A stretch of DNA of 64,000 bases from a bacterium. Its GTDB lineage: Bacteria; UBA8248. The notes beneath the pieces are model-generated. The model had not been told where the DNA came from. It made no database searches and worked only from the letters and a program-made list of their open reading frames with translations. Below, one piece after another: positions 59,997 through 64,000 of the stretch. The DNA is taken from NCBI GenBank assembly GCA_965219955.1, contig OZ244799.1, forward strand, positions 2,112,001 to 2,176,000. Direction: 5' to 3'. Each line of letters starts with the position of its first letter. The stretch's first letter is position 1. The position numbers and the translations under genes were made by a program.

Positions 59997-61517
59997 ATGC
60001 CCAAGTACGCTATGGCGATCGACCTGGAATCCTGCATCGGATGCCACGCCTGCACGATCGCCTGTAAATCCGAACACGACATTCCCATCGGCGTCTGGCG
60101 ATGCTGGGTGAAGGAAGTCGAAAAAGGCAGCTTCCCGAGCACGAGGCGGGAATTCCTGCCCGTCCTGTGCAACCAGTGCGACGACGCGCCGTGCCAGAAC
60201 ATCTGCCCGACGAAGGCGCTCTTCCGGCGCAAGGACGGCATCGTGGACCTGGACCCGGACTGGTGCATCGGGTGCAAGTCCTGCATCGCGGCGTGTCCCT
60301 ACGATCAGCTCTTCATCGATCCCAACACGATGACGGCGGAGAAATGCAACTTCTGCGCGAACCGCCTGGAAGCGAACTTGGAGCCCGCCTGCGTGGTGGT
60401 CTGCCCCACGCAGTGCCGCGTGTTCGGCGACGTGGAGGACGCGGATTCGAAGATATCGAAACTCACCACGCAGCGCCCCTACCACGTGAGAAAGCCCGAG
60501 TACAACACGGCGCCCAACATCTACTATCTCGAGGGCAGCCGCCAGCTCCTGGACCCCACCGAGGCGGGACAGTCGGGCATCTACAAGCAGGGCGAGATGG
60601 ACATGGAGCGGGAAGACGTCGTGCCCGAGTGGGAGAACAAGCCCGGCGAGAGCCGCACCGTCTACGACACCTTCCACGAGGTTCCCTGGGAAACGAAGAT
60701 CATCACTTATCTCTTGACCAAGGGCGCGAGCACGGGCCTTCTGGTCATCAGCCTGTTTCTGTGGATGTTCGGCTTCAAAAGCTCGCTGTTCTCATTCTGG
60801 ATGCCCGCGCTGAGCGGGATTCTCCTGGCCGCCACAGGGTTCGTGCTCATCACCGACCTCAAGCGGCCCGAGCGGTTCTACTACATCATGCTGCGCTCGA
60901 ACTGGGGAAGCTGGATGGCGTGGGGCACGTGGTTCATCGCGCTGGACGGCGTATTCACCCTCCTCTGGGTGCTCGGCGCCATGTTCGGCGCGGAAGGCTT
61001 CATGAACCTCATCCTGTGGCCCACCATCGTCATGGGCGCCCTCGCCTCGATATACACGGGCTTTTTCTTCGCTCAGGCCTCGGCGCGCGATTTGTGGAAA
61101 GGAAGCGAGAACACCCTCGACATCGGCGTGCAATCGGGTATCAAGGGCGCGGCGGTCCTGCTGCTCTTCGCCACGCTGTTCCCGATAGCGGATCAGGCGT
61201 CTGCCCTGAACGTCCTGGGCGGGCTGCTCGCCGTTCTCGTCCTCCTGCACCTGAGCATCCTGGTGTTCTCGATCCTCGTGCACCGCTTCGGCTCCGTGGC
61301 GCATGAGCGGGCGATCCACCTGCTGACGAAAGGCCCGTTCAAGAACGATTTCTGGGGTGGGGCCGTCATCGTGGGATGCGTACTGCCCCTGCTTCTTCTC
61401 TGGGCGGGTGGTTTCGGCGGTTTCGGCGCGGTGCTGGCCGGCATCATGGCCATGGCGGGCGCGTATCTTTGGGACAAAATCTGGGTGAAGGCCGGACAGG
61501 CCGTTCCCCTTTCGTAA
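59997..61517 (+). CDS. 4Fe-4S dicluster (NrfC/PsrB-like) fused to NrfD/PsrC membrane anchor
   Basis: CIGCHACTIAC, CNQCDDAPC..ICP, CIGCKSC..ACPY, KCNFC...PACVVVCP, then W...I..YL, DLKRPERF, SWMAWG and about 8 TM segments. Confidence 0.92.
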   Translation: MPKYAMAIDLESCIGCHACTIACKSEHDIPIGVWRCWVKEVEKGSFPSTRREFLPVLCNQCDDAPCQNICPTKALFRRKDGIVDLDPDWCIGCKSCIAACPYDQLFIDPNTMTAEKCNFCANRLEANLEPACVVVCPTQCRVFGDVEDADSKISKLTTQRPYHVRKPEYNTAPNIYYLEGSRQLLDPTEAGQSGIYKQGEMDMEREDVVPEWENKPGESRTVYDTFHEVPWETKIITYLLTKGASTGLLVISLFLWMFGFKSSLFSFWMPALSGILLAATGFVLITDLKRPERFYYIMLRSNWGSWMAWGTWFIALDGVFTLLWVLGAMFGAEGFMNLILWPTIVMGALASIYTGFFFAQASARDLWKGSENTLDIGVQSGIKGAAVLLLFATLFPIADQASALNVLGGLLAVLVLLHLSILVFSILVHRFGSVAHERAIHLLTKGPFKNDFWGGAVIVGCVLPLLLLWAGGFGGFGAVLAGIMAMAGAYLWDKIWVKAGQAVPLS

Positions 61518-61535
61518 TCCGGGAGTTTCAAGAAC

Positions 61536-64000
61536 ATGAGCACAAGTCATCTTCAAGTCGGCAAGGGCGCGCGCGACGTCGCCTCGCTGGGCCGCCCCGA
61601 CCTGCTGGCCAAGGCGCCGCCGGCGGCGCCTGCGGGCCAACTCAACTACACGAACACGAACGGCGCCCTCACCTCCTACCCCAGCCCGGACCAATGGGAC
61701 AACTGGACGGAATACGAGAGCACCAAATGGCCGCAGAAGGTGGCGAGAAACTACGCCCTGGTCCCGACACTCTGCTTCAACTGCGAGGCGGGGTGCGGCC
61801 TTCTGGCCTACGTCGACAAGGACGACATGAAGATCAGGAAAATCGAGGGGAACCCCCTCCACCCCGCATCGCGCGGGCGCAACTGCGCGAAGGGCTGGGT
61901 GACGCTGAACCAGGTCTACGACCCCGACCGCATCTTCTATCCGCTCAAGCGGGTGGGCGAGCGCGGCGAGGGCAAGTGGGAGCGCGTAAGCTGGGACGAG
62001 GCGTTAGACGACATTGCCGGGCGCATTAGAGAGGCGATTCTGGCGGAGCGGCGAAACGGCGTCATCTACCACGTGGGACGCCCCGGCGAGGACGGCTACA
62101 TGTTCAAGACGCTCGCCGGCTGGGGCGTGGACGGCCACAACAGCCACACGAACGTGTGCAGCTCCTCCGCCCGCATCGGCCAGTTCCTCTGGAACGGGTC
62201 GGACAGGCCCTCGCCCGACTTCACCAACGCCGACGCGATTTTGCTGATCAGCAGCCATCTGGATACGGGCCACTACTACAACCCCTCGGCCCAGCGCATC
62301 ATCGAGGCGCAGACGAGCGGGGCGAAACTCATCGTGATCGACCCCAGGCTCTCCAACACGGCGGCGAAGGCCGACTACTGGCTGCCCGCCTACAGCGGCA
62401 CCGAGTCTGCGATCCTGCTCGCCATCGCGCGCTACCTGCTCGATACCGGGCAGTTCGACGCGCAGTTCGTCGAGGAGTGGATGAACTGGACCGAATACAT
62501 GCGGACCGTCCACCCCGATGAGGAGGCGAGCTTCGGGAACTTCGTCGAGAAGCTGAAAGAGGAATACGCGGAGTTCACCTTCGAGTACGCGGCGGAGGAG
62601 ACGGGCGTTTCCGCCGACTTGATCGCCGAGGTCGCACAGGTCGTCGCCCGCGCCGGAAGCCGCCTCTGCGTCCACGTCTGGCGCGCCGCCGCCACCGGCA
62701 ACCTGCACGGCTGGCAGGTTTCGCGCTGCCTGCACTTCCTGCCCTCGCTGACGGGCGCGGTGGGCACGGTGGGCGGAACCCACCTGGCGAGCACGCACAA
62801 GTTCGTGCCCAAACACCCCAACCCCGCGCCGGGACCGAAAGACTGGAACGAGCTTCTCTTCCCCCGGGAATACCCCCTCGCGTTTTTCGAGATGAGCTTC
62901 CTGATGCCCCATCTCATGAAGGACAAGGGCCACAGCGTCGACGTCTACTTCACGCGGGTCTACAACCCGGTGTGGACGAACCCCGACGGCTTCATGTGGG
63001 TGGACATGCTCAAGGACCACGACAAGATAGGCTGCCACGTGGCGCTCACCCCCACCTGGAGCGAGACGGCGTGGTTCGCGGACTACATCCTGCCGATGGG
63101 GAACGCGACGGAGCGCCACGACAACCAGAGCCAGGAGACGCACCCCACGAAATGGGTGGGCTTCCGCCAGCCCGTCCTCAGGGCGCTGCGCGAGAAGATG
63201 GGCGAGACCTTCGAGAGCTCGCGCGAGACGAACCCCGGCGAGGTGTGGGAGGAAGACGAGCTCCACATCGAGCTCTCCTGGCGCATCGACCCGGACGGCT
63301 CGCTCGGCATCCGGCAGTACTTCGAAAGCCCCTACAGGCCGGGCGAGAAGATCACGGTGAACGAATACTACCAGTGGATGTTCGAGAACGGCGTTCCGGG
63401 CCTGCCCGAGGCCGCCGAGAAGGAAGGCCTGACGCCGCTGGAATACATGCGCAAATACGGCGTCTTCGCCGTGCAGGAAAACGTGTACGAACCCCACATG
63501 CACGAACTCCCGGACGAAGCCATGCACGACGCCCACGTGGACGAGGCGACGGGCTCGGTCTGGAAAGACGGCGCGCTCATCGGCAACATGAGCAAGGGCA
63601 GGCCGAGAGAGGGCTTCCACACGCCGTCCAAGAAACTCGAGTTCTACAGCCCGACCATGGCCGCCTGGGACTGGGGCGATGAGGCCATCCCAAAATACAT
63701 GAAGACCCACGTCTACTGGCGCGATATGGAACGAGAGAACAACGAGTTCGACCTGCTGCCGAACTATCGCCTCGCCACCCTCATCCACACGCGCTCGGCC
63801 GTGAAGTGGCTTTATGAGATCACCCACAACAACCCGCTCTGGCTCCACACCGACGACGCCAAGCGCCTGGGGCTTGCCACGGGCGACCTGGCGAAAGTCG
63901 AGACTGCGATAGGCCATTTCGTGACGAGATGCTGGGTGACGGAGGGCCTGAGGCCGGGCATCGTCGCCATGGCGCACCACCTGGGCCGCTGGCGGCTGAG
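61536..64000 (+). CDS. Molybdopterin oxidoreductase catalytic subunit (PsrA/ArrA-like clade; runs off window)
   Basis: Manual translation from ATG 61536: CFNCEAGCG...GNPLHPASRGRNCAKG, DPDRIFYPLKR, SWDEA, HTNVCSSS, DPRLSNTA, FADYILP; no RR signal. Confidence 0.9.
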   Translation, partial: MSTSHLQVGKGARDVASLGRPDLLAKAPPAAPAGQLNYTNTNGALTSYPSPDQWDNWTEYESTKWPQKVARNYALVPTLCFNCEAGCGLLAYVDKDDMKIRKIEGNPLHPASRGRNCAKGWVTLNQVYDPDRIFYPLKRVGERGEGKWERVSWDEALDDIAGRIREAILAERRNGVIYHVGRPGEDGYMFKTLAGWGVDGHNSHTNVCSSSARIGQFLWNGSDRPSPDFTNADAILLISSHLDTGHYYNPSAQRIIEAQTSGAKLIVIDPRLSNTAAKADYWLPAYSGTESAILLAIARYLLDTGQFDAQFVEEWMNWTEYMRTVHPDEEASFGNFVEKLKEEYAEFTFEYAAEETGVSADLIAEVAQVVARAGSRLCVHVWRAAATGNLHGWQVSRCLHFLPSLTGAVGTVGGTHLASTHKFVPKHPNPAPGPKDWNELLFPREYPLAFFEMSFLMPHLMKDKGHSVDVYFTRVYNPVWTNPDGFMWVDMLKDHDKIGCHVALTPTWSETAWFADYILPMGNATERHDNQSQETHPTKWVGFRQPVLRALREKMGETFESSRETNPGEVWEEDELHIELSWRIDPDGSLGIRQYFESPYRPGEKITVNEYYQWMFENGVPGLPEAAEKEGLTPLEYMRKYGVFAVQENVYEPHMHELPDEAMHDAHVDEATGSVWKDGALIGNMSKGRPREGFHTPSKKLEFYSPTMAAWDWGDEAIPKYMKTHVYWRDMERENNEFDLLPNYRLATLIHTRSAVKWLYEITHNNPLWLHTDDAKRLGLATGDLAKVETAIGHFVTRCWVTEGLRPGIVAMAHHLGRWRL

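Noticed and set aside
62004-63980. 658-aa minus-strand ORF (likewise 4267-5781, 52783-53979, 60792-61862)
   Set aside because: Antisense shadows of high-GC genes that have clear motifs on the opposite strand.

Overview
GC-rich bacterial chromosome window. It holds about 45 mostly metabolic genes: sdhCAB, korAB, tyrS, aspC, coaD, moaB, an Att-type ABC transporter/lipocalin operon, two molybdoenzymes and many catabolic hydrolases (three M24, two amidohydrolase_2, cyclase, RraA, two VOC). I saw no rRNA, tRNA, CRISPR array, integrase or transposase. The main unexplained structure is about 15 intergenic repeat clusters (roughly 6.5 kb, about 10% of the window). Most are bounded by a shared terminal inverted repeat (TIR), GGGGYTGTTGAAAAA...TTTTTCAACARCCCC, and carry a variable, nested cargo from at least five unrelated palindrome families. 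Several have 5-bp target-site duplications (TSDs). One sits in the last codons of an ABC ATPase gene, and its precise removal restores the reading frame. Other leads: a conserved element with phased GATAAA repeats present twice next to these clusters, an ABC-ATPase/TOPRIM-like gene pair, a MoxR ATPase with an atypical partner, and a lower-GC, repeat-free block of about 10 kb that includes tyrS. All family assignments come from motif recognition by eye, not database searches.
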